A stretch of DNA of 64,000 nt from Prasinococcaceae sp. CCMP 1430 (Eukaryota; Plantae; Prasinodermophyta), in contig RQSC01000554.1 of assembly GCA_013416795.1 (NCBI GenBank), forward strand, positions 1 through 64,000, written 5' to 3'. This document shows positions 41,652-53,838 of the stretch, one piece after another; the first letter of the stretch is position 1, and each line of letters starts with the position of its first letter. The position numbers were made by a program, and so were the translations under genes. Below the pieces are notes generated by a model. The model saw nothing but the letters and a program-made list of their open reading frames with translations, ran no database searches and was not told the origin of the DNA.

Positions 41652-44214
41652 TCACTGCTGCTTGGACGCCTGCATGGCCGTCACCGTCGCCGAGACGAGC
41701 TTGCCGAGCGCGTGGACCTCGCGCTCCAGCCGCGGCGCGCTCCTGGCGGCGGCGCCCTCGGGCAGCGCGGCGACGCCGCTCGAGATGGAGCGCACGAGGG
41801 CGGCCACCTTGTGCTCCAAGATGGTGCGTAGGGCGGCGCGCTCCTTGTTCGCCACGCCCGTCGCCACGCGCAGCCGCTCAAGCTCGCCCCCCTCCTTTCC
41901 CCCAGTCGCCGCATCTCCGCCCGCGCCCGCGCCGCCACCGGCCTCGCCCTGCTGCTCCCGGAGCGCCTTGAGCTGCGCGGCCTGGGCCTCGACCGTCGCT
42001 CGCGCCTCGGCCGCCTCCCGCCTGGCCAGCCTGAGCTCCTCCTCCATCGCGCCCCCTGCCTCCGCCGCTGCGGCGGCGGCGGCAGCCGCATCGGCGCTCG
42101 CGCCGCCGGCGGCATCGCCGCCCTTTGCTGCCTTGTGGTCCCCGTCGGCGCTCGGGGCGCTCCCCGAGCCCCCCGCGAGCGCGCCCCCGCCGCGCGCCGC
42201 GCGCTCGTCGCCGCCGCCCGCCCCCCACGCCCCGAGGGCCGACACGAGCGCGTCGCTCTTGAGCGGGCTCGCCGTGGTGTGCTCCACCGCCGCCTTGCGG
42301 AGCCTGAAGAGCTCGCCCGTGCGCTTGTCGAGCGTGTCCTCGAGGTCCTTCTGGTGGCGGTCGCGCGCGTCGAGCTCCTCCTGCAGCGACACGATTTGCT
42401 CGTCGCGCTCGTTCAGGCGCGCGGTGAGCGCGATCATGATGTCGCGCTGCTTCAGCAGCAGCGACTTGTAGCGATCCACCTGCGCCTTGTCCTCCTCCAT
42501 CACCTTGTGCTCGGCCTCGATGGTCGCCAGCCGCTGCTCGTACTCGTGGCGGATGCGACGGTGCTCCGCGGCGAGCAGCGAGCGCACCGCGGGCATCTCC
42601 GCGATCTGCGTCGGCGGCCGCCCGAGGGCGCGCGCGGCGCGCGCGTTGGGACAGAAGCGAGCGCAGAGCGCGCGGCGGCCGCGTCAGCCCGCGCTCGCAC
42701 ACACACACACACACACAAAAAAAAAAAAACAGGAGAGTTCGCGCGCGCCGCGGCGCCGGGCGCACCTTGTGCCCCCCGATGAGCAGCTGCGACTGCATCT
42801 CGGCGATGCGCTTCTCGAGCTCGACGCGCTGCTGCTTCTGCTGCATGAAGTCCCTGCTCTTCGCCTCGAGCTCGGTGAGCGCCAGCAGCTTGTCCCGCTC
42901 CGCTCGGCGCTTCTCCTCCTCCAGCTTGAGCAGGCGCCGCTTGTCCACGAGGTCCTTGTTGCGCGCGCTGAGCTCCTCGCGGAGCTGCTTGAGCTCGCGC
43001 TCGTACCGGCGGAGCAGCGTCTTCTGGTCGAGGTCCTCGTTGACGATGGCCTCGTTGCGTATCGACTTGGCGCGGTTGGCGAACTTGAGCGTCGACAGCG
43101 TCTCCGAGAAGGACGCGCGCGCGGGCGTGATGGTCGCGATCATCGTGGTGCGGCAGTTGCCGCCCAGCGAGCTCTCCAGGATGCGCGTGAGCTTGCTGTC
43201 GCGGTAGGGGATGTGCGATCGCGCGCGCCTGTCCGTGAGCGCGGCGATCACGTTGCCCAGCGCCGAGAGCGACTGGTTGATGCGCTTCGCCTCGGCCATG
43301 CGCTCCCCGGTGGCGCCCGTCACCGCCACGCGCTCCGACCCCGCGAGGTCCACGAGGTTGAGCTTGCCCACGCGGAAGGTCCGCGACGGCGCCTCCGACG
43401 CGGGCGCGCCGGGCGGCGGGGGCACCAGCTGCGAGTGCTCCACGACGAGCATGAAGACGGCGTGCGACCGCGAGGACGCCTCGTTGGCGCGCGTGGCGCT
43501 CGTCGCGCGCGTCGCCGCCCCGCGCCGCATGAGGTCGAAGATCTCGGCCGGCGAGCGCACCACCCACTCCGAGAGCCCCTCGACGTAGACGCCGCGCTTC
43601 TTGTCCTCGCGCACGCCCAGGTTCTGCCGCTCGGGCCGCAGGAGGTCGCTGATGGAGTCCTGGTAGATCTGCAGCATGGTCGCGCGCACGAGGTACCTGC
43701 TCGAGCTGGAGGCCGAGTCCTCCTCGATGTGGCGAAAGACGTCGTCGATCGAGCGCGGGATGATGCCGCGCAGCTCGCCCGAGAAGCGGCCGTGTTCGTC
43801 CGTCGGGCCGTAGATCGTGTGGGTCTTGCCCGAGCCCGTCTGGCCGTACGCGATGAGGGAGGCGTTGAAGCCCTGCAGCACCGAGCGGACCGCGTCGCGC
43901 GCGCACGTCTCGTACACGTGGCGCTGCTCCGACTGCTCGCCGAAGACGTGGTCGAACGTGAACGGGTGCGCGCCCGCCGCGACGGCGGCCGCGCTGGCGC
44001 CGCGTGCCGCCAGCGCGCCGGCGTCCTCGCACAGCGTGATGGCGCCCGGCGCGCGCCGCTGGTCGAGCAGCACGGATGACGCGAACGGCTCGTAGGGGTC
44101 GCGCAGCTCGCGCTGGACCGGCGGCCGCACGCGCACGACCACGCGCACGTTGTCGCGGGCGGTCTCGCCGGACGCCCTGCGCCCGAGGGCCTTGGCGAGC
44201 TCAGCGGCGGCCGC
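41652..44214 (-). CDS. N-terminal-motor kinesin with long coiled coil; intron 42606-42765; start in the gap
   Basis: VRVVVRVRP, FTFDHVF, GQTGSGKT, NEASSRSH, LVDLAGSE, HIPYRDSKLT, ETLSTLKFANRAK; spliced junction GHK|IAEMP. Confidence 0.95.
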
Positions 44215-44309
44215 NNNNNNNNNNNNNNNNNNNNNNNNNNNNNNNNNNNNNNNNNNNNNNNNNNNNNNNNNNNNNNNNNNNNNNNNNNNNNNNNNNNNNN
44301 NNNNNNNNN
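44215..44309. other. Assembly gap
   Basis: N run. Confidence 0.95.
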
Positions 44310-44830
44310 GCCCGGCGCGCGCAGTGGGGCTGCGGGCGCGCGCGCGCGCGCGCGTTCGAAAACCACTCTGCGCCGGTGCCCGACCCCGCGCGACCCCCGG
44401 GCTGACCGCGAGGGCTTCGATTGGAGTTCTGGGATTGTACGGAGGGCTAGACCCGGTCATCTCGCGCGTCAGACCGGGCCTGGGGGGGAAAGGCTCCAAC
44501 GAGCGAGCGAGCGAGCGAGGGGGCGCGAACGCACGCACCGGCGCGGAATTGGGGCCGCGAGCGGCGCGAATTGGGCCCGCCGCGCTCGTGGCACGCCGAA
44601 GGGCGTTTGGCGGGGCGCCTGACTGCGCGTGGAGCCGTTTTCGGCTCCGCAATTCGAGAGGGGAGGAACAGAACTACGCCCGAGCCCGAGGGAGGGAGGC
44701 GGCGGCCGCGGCTGTGTCTTTGACGCGCGCGCGCGCGGCGGGGCGGCGCGCTGCAGGGTGTGTACGACGCACACTGCGCATCGGTCGGCGACGGCCGTGT
44801 TATACACATACTGTACAGTTGCCGGCGGGC

Positions 44831-45060
44831 TCAGACCATCGCCGCGCCCACGAAGGCCATCCCGGTCTTGGCGGCCGCGAGCGCCGCGCGACAGTCGCCG
44901 CATGCGCCTCGGGAGGCGGCCGCCTCGGCGGCCGAGGCCGCGCCGTGGAGCCACTCGAATGCGCCCGCGGCCGCGCACTCGCGGGCCATGCAGAGCAGAA
45001 GCTGCGCGAGGGCGCGGGCGGGCAAAGGGCCAGACGCAGCGGGGCCGGAGGACCGAGGCA
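44831..45060 (-). CDS. Possible orphan 3' end of an unidentified gene
   Basis: LAQLLLCMARECAAAGAFEWLHG...MAFVGAAMV* followed by an AT-richer UTR-like stretch. Confidence 0.25.
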
Positions 45061-45353
45061 CCGGAAGCGTCAGCGCCCGAGCGCGCGCGAGCCGCCGGCG
45101 CCGCGCAGAGGCGCCGGCGTAAGAGGGACGTCCGCGGCAAGGGGCGCGTTCACGCACCTGCGGATCTCCGACGCTGAGCGCGCTCTCCCACTCGGCGACC
45201 GCGCGCGCCACCCGCGCGAGCGCGTGCAGCAGCCGCGTGGGTCTGAGACCATCCGACGCCGGCAGCGCCCCGAACGCCGGCCGGCCGCCCGCGCCCGCGC
45301 TCGACGCGGCCGAAGCAGCAGCGACTCGGGAGGCCGGTGAGAGGAGTGGGGCG

Positions 45354-46286
45354 ATGGAGGTTACGTCGGCGCGCGCCGTCGAGTACCCGGCGGCGAGGCG
45401 CGTCGTGGCCATAGGCGACGTGCACGGCGACATGGACAAGACACGGCGAGCCTTCCGACTCGGCGGGCTGATCGATGAGAACGACCGGTGGGCGGGAGGC
45501 GACACGGTCGCGGTGCAGGTCGGCGACCAGCTGGACAGGGGGCCCGACGAGATGCCGGTGCTGTACCTGCTGGAGAGGCTGCAGCGCGAGGCCGAGCGGG
45601 CGGGCGGGCGGCTGCACGTGCTCAACGGCAACCACGAGACGATGAACGCGGCGGGGGACACGCGATACGCCCACCGGGGCTCGCACGTCGACTTCGCGCA
45701 CTGGCGCGAGTGGATGCGACTGGGCAACCGCCTGGTGTCCAAGTGCGGCGCGGCCGCCATCGCCACGAGCGTCACCAGCGACGACCCTCGCTCGGAGGCG
45801 CTCGCGGCCGGCGGCGACGTCGCGCGGCGATTCTTCGCGCGGCAACCGACGGTGGTGCGCATCGGCGAGACCGTCTTCGCGCACGGCGGCGTGCTGCCCA
45901 GCCACGTCGAGCACGGGCTCGGCAAGCTCAACGCGGAGGTCGGGCGCTGGATGGAGGACGGCCGCAGCAGGGGCTCGCTCAAGCACGTCAAGGGGCGCGA
46001 CGCGGTGGTGTGGACGCGCGCTTACTCCCATCAGGACACCGCGCGCTGCGACTGCGCCACGCTGCAGAGCGCGCTGCGCATGATAGGCGCCAGGCGCATG
46101 GTGGTCGGGCACACCATCCAGGACGGCGGCATCACGCAGGCGTGCGGCGGCGGGGTGCTGCGGGTGGACGTCGGCCTCAGCCGCGGGTGCGGGGACGGCG
46201 CGCCGCAGGTGCTCGAGATCATCAACGACACGGAGGTGCGCGTGCTGCGCGAGACCAACGCGGGGGCGCGAGCCATGGGCGCCTGA
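45354..46286 (+). CDS. SLP: Shewanella-like (SLP) metallo-dependent protein phosphatase; start may lie further upstream
   Basis: VAIGDVHGD, VQVGDQLDRG, LNGNHETMN, FAHGG, MVVGHTIQ, RVDVGLSRG. Confidence 0.9.
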   Translation: MEVTSARAVEYPAARRVVAIGDVHGDMDKTRRAFRLGGLIDENDRWAGGDTVAVQVGDQLDRGPDEMPVLYLLERLQREAERAGGRLHVLNGNHETMNAAGDTRYAHRGSHVDFAHWREWMRLGNRLVSKCGAAAIATSVTSDDPRSEALAAGGDVARRFFARQPTVVRIGETVFAHGGVLPSHVEHGLGKLNAEVGRWMEDGRSRGSLKHVKGRDAVVWTRAYSHQDTARCDCATLQSALRMIGARRMVVGHTIQDGGITQACGGGVLRVDVGLSRGCGDGAPQVLEIINDTEVRVLRETNAGARAMGA

Positions 46287-46435
46287 GCGTTCGTGCCTCC
46301 GTGCGTGTACACACAACGCGGGCGAACGCGCCCGTCCCCCACTTCCCTTTTTTTTTTTAATTGGCTCGGCGAAATTGTGCACCGCGCGCGTCGCGCGGCG
46401 TCCTGGGAGGTCGAGCCTGCGCCCCCCGCCTCTAG

Positions 46436-47461
46436 CTAGGCGGACGTGCCCCGAATGAAGCTGTGCCACAGGTCCGGCAGCAGCAAGGCCAGCACGTGCG
46501 GCTCCCCGCTGCGCTCCATGGCGACCTCGAGCGTGAGCACGTCGCGGTACATCGCGCGCTGCGCGGAGCGCCCCTTGGTGAAGACCGGCGCGAGCGCCTG
46601 CGCGGCGTCCTCGGCCTCCTCGGCGCTCATCCACGGCGAGTCGGCCATCGCGGCCATGCTCGGCCGCCCCACCGAGCCGCCGAGCGCGCGCTCGATCTTT
46701 TCGAGCTCCAAGCCCACCAGCTCGCGCAGCGACGCCAGCTCGTCGCGCAGCGCCGCCAGCTCGGACTGCTGCGCGGTGGCCGCCTCGCCGCCCTCGCCGG
46801 CGTCGGCGCCCTCCAGCGCGCCGCTGTTCACGCGGCAGGCGCGCGCGAAGAGGCCCTGGAGCAGGTACGACGTCTGGTCCATGCTCTGGTCGCCCGCCAG
46901 CCGCTCGAGGATGTAACGCTGCACCTTGGTCGCGTCCTCCGGCCTCTGCCACATCACGTGCTGCAGCAGCAGGCAGTCGTACATCGACACCTGCGAGCGC
47001 CCCGCCGTGTAGGCGGCCACCTTGAGCATCCCCACAGCCTTCACCAGCCGCCGGTCGCTCACGTACACGGGCGGCTCGCACTTGTCCTGCAGCCACGCGC
47101 GCAGATCGACCAGCAGGTCCACCACCTCGTCGGGCACCTCCACGCTCTCCTCCGCGGCCTTGCGCACGCCGCGGAAGTCGTCCACGTCGAGCTCCTCGCC
47201 CGCGGCGTCGCACGCGTCCTCGGCGTCGGCGTCCGCCGCGCGCGCGGCGGGGCTGCCGCCCGCCGCCGCCCTCAGAAGCTCGGGCAGCACGCCGGTGGAC
47301 ACCTGGTCGACCGCGCGGCGGAGGAGGAAGCGGTCGTACAGCGCGTCGAGCTCCTCTGACTCGGGCAGCTCGTTGGACGCGCCCACGAGGCACAGCAGCG
47401 GCACGCGCACGCGCTCGACGCCGTTGTCGTACAGCCGCTCGTTCAGGATGGTGAGCAGCGA

Positions 47462-47494
<33 letters not shown>

Positions 47495-47870
47495 ATCCAC
47501 GAAGGCCACGTTGGCGTCGGGCAGGTAGCCGTCCGTCTTGCGCACGTACTCGTCGTTCTCGAGGCCGCGCAGCGACACGGGGCCGAAGAGCTCCTCGGGC
47601 ACCGAGAAGCGCGTGAGCAGCCGCTCGAAGTACTTGGCCCCGCACGTGCCGTTGAGGCGCCGGCCCAGCTCCGACTTGGCGGTGCCCGGGGGACCCAGCA
47701 GCAGCAGGTGCTCGCCGCAGAGCGCCGCCAGCAGCAGCAGCCGCACCTCCGTGCCGCGCTCCACGAGGCCCTCCTGCATCTTCGCCAGCGACGCGTCGAT
47801 GCGCGGCCGCAGCGCCGCGCCGTCGCCCTCGCCGCCAGCGCTCTCGGCTGTGTCCTCGCGAGGGGGCCAA
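46436..47870 (-). CDS. RavA/MoxR-like AAA+ ATPase; 5' end disrupted by the CysT splinter
   Basis: [74 protein letters not shown]. Confidence 0.9.
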
Positions 47871-47871
47871 C

Positions 47872-48171
47872 CTGCCCTTTGTCGTTCGCACCGTGCAGCC
47901 CGTGCTCGAAGAATTTGAGGCCGAACTCGAAGAAGCCGCGGCAACGCTCGGCGCCAATCGCTGGCAGACCATCACGCGGGTCATCCTTCCGCGCCTGACC
48001 CCGGCCATTCTCACGGGCTTTGCGCTGGCCTTCGCGCGTGCCGTCGGCGAGTACGGCTCGGTCATCTTTATTGCGGGCAATCTGCCCAACATTTCAGAGA
48101 TCGCGCCGGTGCTGATCGTCATCAAGCTCGAGGAATTCGATCAGGCAGGTGCCGCCGTCATCGCCGCCATC
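47872..48171 (+). other. cysT: Bacterial-type splinter: sulfate ABC transporter permease CysT, 100 internal codons
   Basis: [33 protein letters not shown]...[47 protein letters not shown] (EAA motif); no start, no stop, antisense to the host gene. Confidence 0.88.
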
Positions 48172-49372
48172 GCTGCCGAGCGCGCCCTCCGTCCGCGCGC
48201 CTCCTCGCTCACCCCCCACCCCCACCGCCCGCCCCTCCCAGCTGCGGTGTGCCCGCGTTCGAAGCCCCCTCCCGCCGCCCCGGTGCCGCCGCGGATGCTG
48301 CCCGCCGTCGCGTCGCCTGCTCGCCCTGGCCCGCGCACTCGCGCGAGTGCCGTGTGGCGCCGCGCACGCCGCCCCGAGCCATCGCCAGAATCCCGTCCCC
48401 CCCTCCATCCCTCCGTACCCCCCCTCCCCCCTGCAGTCCCACCGCCCCGCGCGCAGAGAGCGCGGCGCCGCGCGCGCGCGCGCGAGGCGCGCGCCACGCC
48501 CCAGAACCCAAACCCCCGCCGCGCCCGCAGCGCGTCCTCGTTGCTCCTTGCGCGCGTCCTCTGCGTGTTGTGTGATGAAATACATAAACCCTTTGTTTGT
48601 ATGAACCTCAAATACCGTGGCGCATCGAGAGGCGCGCGCGCGCGCACCCCCGCCCGGCCGGGACCGCCCGCAGAACCCAAACCCCCGTCGCCCCTCGCGC
48701 CGAGCGCGTATTCATGATCTTGAAAAGAATTTGTAGTTTCCTTTGGACCCTGAATGGCATTTGAACCTCAATTTGCGACTTTCCGCCGCGGATCGCGGCC
48801 GCGCGGCGCGCGGCGTGTGGTGCACAGCGCGCGCGCGACACGCAGCCGGGCGCCACCAGCCGGGCGCGAAAGGCACTGGAGTCATTAGAACAAAAAGGTC
48901 GATTATTGTACCCACGGGAGATCGGTTTTTGCATGGGATTAGAATGCACGCGATTGAGTCCCGCACACTCCCTGTTCGCTACCCCGCTGATGATGAGTTC
49001 TCATCAGAGATCTTCAGTGCTGCGAGAACCGGTCTGCCATCTCGATGGGCGCCCTGCTTTTTGACGGGCAGGTTGCGGTGCAATGGGAGGTGATGGCGGT
49101 TGCGTGAAGGACGGGCGGGCCGCGCGCACCGATGGCCGGCGGCGGCTCGCGGAGCGCGGGCGAGGTGCGCGAGGGGAAGAGGGGGAGCGGGGGAGGGGAG
49201 ATGGGGGGTAAGAGAGAGTGTGGCGTGGCGTGGGGTGGGCGGTGCGGGTGGCACAACGCGCGCGGCGGATCTCGCCCCGTTCCCCGCCTCGCCCCACCCC
49301 ACCACCACGCACGCACACGCACACGCACACACGCACACGCACACGCACACGCACACCTCGCGCGTCAGACGG

Positions 49373-50335
49373 ATGGCGTCGATGGCGGCACGCCCGCGCG
49401 CGGCAGCCGCCGCGGCCGCGGCAGCGCCGCGGCGCGCGGCGGCGCGCGCGGCGGCCGCGGGCGTGTCGATCGACGGCGTGTCGCTCGACGAGCGCGTGGC
49501 GGTCATCTCCGAGGCGCTGCCGTACCTGAAGCGCTTCCGCGGGAAGACCATCGTCATCAAGTACGGCGGCGCGGCGATGAAGGACGAGTCGCTCAAGGCC
49601 AGCGTGGTCGCCGACGTGCTGCTGCTCGCCACGGTGGGCATCAACATCGTCATGGTGCACGGCGGCGGCCCCGAGATCAACAAGTGGCTCGAGCGCGTGG
49701 GCATCGAGCCCAACTTCCTCAATGGCCTGCGCGTGACCGACGACGACACCATGGACGTCGCCGAGATGGTGCTCACCGGCCGCGTCAACAAGTCCATCGT
49801 CTCCCTCATCAACCAGCAGGGTGGCCTGAAGGCGGTGGGCATCAGCGGGAGGGACTCCGACACGCTCAAGGCCAAAGTGCTGAACGAGGACCTGGGCAAG
49901 GTCGGGGAGATCACGAGCGTGGACACCACCCTGATCGACGCCCTGTGCAACGCCCACCAAATCCCCGTCATCGCGACGGTCGCCACCGACGAGGAGACCA
50001 ACTGCGCGCTCAACGTCAACGCCGACACCGCCGCGGGCGAGATCGCCATCGCGATGGGCGCCGAGAAGCTCATCCTGATGACCGACGTGCCGGGGATCAT
50101 GCGCGACCCCTCGGACATGGGCACGCTGGTGCGGCAGGCCAACAAGAACTCGCTGCAGACGATGATCGCGGAGGGCATCCTGCAGGGCGGCATGATCCCC
50201 AAGTCGCAGTGCTGCATCAGGGCGGTGAACAACGGCGTGAGCGCCGCGCACATCATCGACGGCCGCACGGCGCACTCGCTGCTGCTCGAGGTGCTCACCG
50301 ACATCGGCGGCGGCACCATGATCACCAAGGAGTGA
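49373..50335 (+). CDS. argB: Plastid N-acetylglutamate kinase
   Basis: EALPYLKRFRGKTIVIKYGGAAM, VHGGGPEI, GLRVTD, NVNADTAAGEIA, LMTDVPG, GGMIPK, HIIDGR; Ala/Arg-rich transit peptide. Confidence 0.97.
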   Translation: MASMAARPRAAAAAAAAAPRRAAARAAAAGVSIDGVSLDERVAVISEALPYLKRFRGKTIVIKYGGAAMKDESLKASVVADVLLLATVGINIVMVHGGGPEINKWLERVGIEPNFLNGLRVTDDDTMDVAEMVLTGRVNKSIVSLINQQGGLKAVGISGRDSDTLKAKVLNEDLGKVGEITSVDTTLIDALCNAHQIPVIATVATDEETNCALNVNADTAAGEIAIAMGAEKLILMTDVPGIMRDPSDMGTLVRQANKNSLQTMIAEGILQGGMIPKSQCCIRAVNNGVSAAHIIDGRTAHSLLLEVLTDIGGGTMITKE

Positions 50336-50475
50336 CCGGGGTGTAGAGCGTAGGGCGTAGGGCGGTGCGTGTGGTGTGTGTGGGGGGGTGGAGAAGGGGC
50401 TGGGGGGGAGCGCACCTCCGTGGCGGGCGCGGCGCGTCGGCGCCAGGTGCACGATAATTACATTACTTCAGCCAA

Positions 50476-53130
50476 CTAGGTGGCAATGACGGACGCGCGC
50501 GAGTCGCTGTTGAGCATGGTTTTGCCGCGCGCGTCGCCGACGATGCGCTTGAGCGCCAAGGCGTCGAAGCGCGTGTACAGCGCGTGCGACTGCGGCGCGG
50601 TCGCCCCCTGCGTGAATCTGAGCACCTCCTCGTACGTGCGCGGTGCCGAAGGCAGGCCGTAGAACACCACGGCGCTCGCGCCGCGTATTTGCTGTCTGCG
50701 ATAGAAGTGCGCGCGCTCGGTGTACACGAGCACGCCCGCCTTGCCCGTTGCGAACGCCGCCTTGGAACGCGCCGTCTCCGAGTCGCTCGAGTACTCCGAC
50801 ACGAACACGACGGCGCATTGGTCCACGTCCGCGATCGCCTTGGCATCCGGCGACGCGAAGAACGCGCGCAGGCGCGTGAAGTCGGCGTAGGTGGAGCAGA
50901 GCACGAGCGTGCCGTCGCCGCCCGCGCCGCTTCGCGGCGCGCTGGCGACGGCTGGCCACGTCGACTTGTCGAAACGGTCGAAGAGCGCATCCGCGGCGGT
51001 GGACGCCGACGAGGCTGCCACTCGCTCAAACTGTTGCCGGCAGCCGAGCGGCGCGCGCCGCGCGGCGCACGCGTGGCGCGACGTGGGCGCGTGCAGCCGC
51101 ACGCGCCCCGCGGCGCTCGCACAGCCGCGCTCGATGACCGCGCGCATCGCGGGCGTTTCCCACTCCGCCAGGACGATCGTCTGCCGCAGGTGGCGCCCGA
51201 GGCCGCTCAGATACGCGTGGCGCGCGCGCGTGAGGTCCGCGTCGCGCTGCGAGCTGGGCATCTCGCTGAGGCTGTCCATCACCGTGCTCACGTGTGCCCA
51301 GTTCTGCAGGCTCAGCATGTGCGCGTGGTCGACCACCGCGATCTCGATGGAGCTCAAATAGTCGCACGTGCCGGGGGCGTCCACGTGGGTCAGGTCGACG
51401 TCGTCCTTGTTGGTGCGGTCGAACTTGCTGCCCTCCTTCTTGCTCTTGCCGCCCTTGCCCGCCTGCTTGCCCGCCTGCTTGCCATCCTTGCCCTGGGCTC
51501 GCGTGGGAGAGGCGCGCGCGACACACACGCGCGCGCACAACGCGCCAAGACCGTCAGCGCCCTGCACGGCGCGAACCAACGGCGCGAAACATGCCGGCGC
51601 GCTCCGCGCTCACTCCGACGGGGCTCACCTTTGGGGGCACGGACCCTCGCTCGATGCGCACGACCAGGCCGAGGGGGCTCGCCACGATGATGTCCGCGCC
51701 GTACAGCCCCGCGAAGAGCCGCACGCTCTTGCGCGTGAACTTGATTCCCACCACGAAGTTGTCGTCGTTGTTGCCGCTGAAGAGCGCTCTGAAGTCGTCT
51801 GGCTTGGCACGCCGGCGCGCGCGCGCCTTGCGCCGCTCCTTGCGCAGCGCCGCCCGCGCGCGCCGCTCGGCCGCACCGGCGGCCGCGTTTCCGGTGATGC
51901 TGTTCCTCGTGCCATCACCCGCCGCGCGGGCGCCTCCTTCGCCCGCGCCCTCGCCCTCGCTGCCGCTGCCGCTCTCGTCGTCGGTGTCGGCGTCGCTGTC
52001 GGTCTCCTCGCCGGGGCCGAACCCGTCGTCGAGCCTGTCCTTGCCGACGACCTCGACAGTCTGGCTCGCGGGACACATCTCCAGCAGGCGGCGGATGGCA
52101 CGCCACGCGGCGTTCCTGTTGGGCAAGAGCAGGAGCACCTTGGGGCGCGTGAAGCCCTGGTCGCGCTGCGGCTCGAAGGCCGCATCGCCGCGGCGCTGCG
52201 CGTCGGCCTCTTTCTCCGTGTTTTTTGCGACGGTGTCGCGCGTCTTCAAGACGTGGTTGATGCAGTGGAGCAGATAGGCGTCGCCCACCGCGCCAGGCGC
52301 GAGGCGCACCGGCGGGCGACGCGGCGTTACGATCGCGTCGCGGTAGTCGTGGAATGCGTCGTACGAGAGCTGCGCCAGTGGATCGCTCAGTAGCACGTCC
52401 GCGCCGGCCGCGCCAGGGTCGAGCTCGTTGAGGCGCGCGAGGAGACGCGCCTTGACGGCATATGCGGCGCGCGGCCGGCCCGCGCATGGCGCAGGCTCGA
52501 CGTCGCTCGCAGCCACCGCGCCCTCTGCCAGCTCCGGCGCCGCGCACTTGTGCACGAGCGGCGGTCGGCCGCTCGCGAGCATTGCAGTGACGTCCGCGAC
52601 GTCGTCTCGGTTGAGGTGGACGCGAAACGGGTCCACGGAGGGAACGGCGGACGTCGCGGCGACTCCTTCGCCCTTCCCTTCGTCCCCGCTGTCCGTCTCG
52701 TCCGCCTCGGCCGCGAGCGCCGCTGCGTCCTCGCGAGCCCTCGCCTCGGCCTCGGCAGCGAGCTCCTCGCGCTGCTTGAGCGACAGCTTCTTCCGCTTCG
52801 GCTCGCCGCGCCCGACGCCCGTGCCAGCACCCGCCGGCCCGCCTCGCGGTGCAGCGAGAGCCCCGGCCGTCCTAGGCTTTCGCTTGTTGCCGCCCTCGCT
52901 CCTGTCCCCCCCCACCGCCGCGAGCAGCGCGGCGTACGCATCGGCGCGCGCTCCGCGGCCACCGCCGCTGCCGCCGCGCGGGGCGCTGTCGCCCCAGCCC
53001 GGCTTGCCGCGCAGGCAGATGCCGTACACGCCGTTCTTGGGGTCGTGGATCTTGGCGGCCACGGCGCGCCCGCCGGCGCGCCCGCGGCGAGCTCAGCGAG
53101 CGTCGGCGTCGCGCGCCGGCGCTTTCCCAT
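50476..53130 (-). CDS. UTP25: U3 snoRNA-associated protein 25 (DEF); intron 51493-51628; 5' end interrupted by a splinter
   Basis: YLLHCINHVLKTR, RDQGFTRPKVLLLLP, LFSGNNDDNF.VGIK, ADIIVASPLGL, DYLSSIE, LQNWAHV, TERAHFYRR..IRG, YTRFDALALKRIVG; ATG (MGKRRR) at 53130. Confidence 0.92.
52988..53062 (-). other. Bacterial-type splinter: polyol/sugar ABC transporter substrate-binding protein, 25 codons
   Basis: VAAKIHDPKNGVYGICLRGKPGWGD resembles the SmoE-type motif K.TD..N.VYGICLRGK.GWGE; it sits where the UTP25 reading frame shifts. Confidence 0.65.
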
Positions 53131-53838
53131 GGTCGAAGCGCACGCGCGCCTACCGCCGCAACCGCCGCCGCCGCCACCACCACGCACACCCACGCCCACC
53201 AACGCCACACCCCCTCTGTGTGGCGCGGCGCAGCAGCCGCCAGCGCACACGCGCAGCCGCCGGGTTGCTCGAACACACTTACGGTTACATCAAAAACCGC
53301 AACACCCTTGGGGCCAGCCTGTCGCCGATGAACATGTGATCGCATCAGAATGAGACGCGCGTTTCCATTGTTGAACCCTGAATGTCAAATGCGTTTTGAT
53401 GGGCGTTCGCGCGCGCCAACCGTTCCCGGTTCCCGCCCGGCCGCCAGCTGTTTCGCGGGCACGCGCGCGCGCTTCCGCGCGGCCGAGCGCGCGACGCGCC
53501 GCCGGCTGCCACAGCGCGCGAGGGGGAGAGAGGCGAGCGGCGCGCGCGAGGCGAGGCCCCGCGCGCGCGCCGCTCTCCCCTTCGTCCTCACGTTCTCTTG
53601 GCGGCGGCCCGCGGCTGCGTGCCGCGTGGTGCGCGCCGAGCGGGCGCTCCCTGAGCGCGGGCGAAACTCGCGGGGGGCGCCGCGTGGCTCCTTGTTCGCC
53701 ACAGGGTGTGTGCCGCGACGAACAACCCCTGCCAGCCTGCCCGTCCTCCTCCCCCCCCCCTCCAACACACACACACACACACGCACGCACGCACGCACGC
53801 ACCGTCTCACGTGAGCGTGCGTGCCTCCATCGGGCGGC

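Noticed and set aside
47893-48717. Functional nuclear SULP/cysT gene
   Set aside because: Only an internal 100-codon segment is homologous; there is no start, no transit peptide and no C-terminus.
48985-49010. C/D snoRNA or palindromic operator (TGATGAGTTCTCATCA)
   Set aside because: No D box or terminal stem nearby, and it occurs only once.
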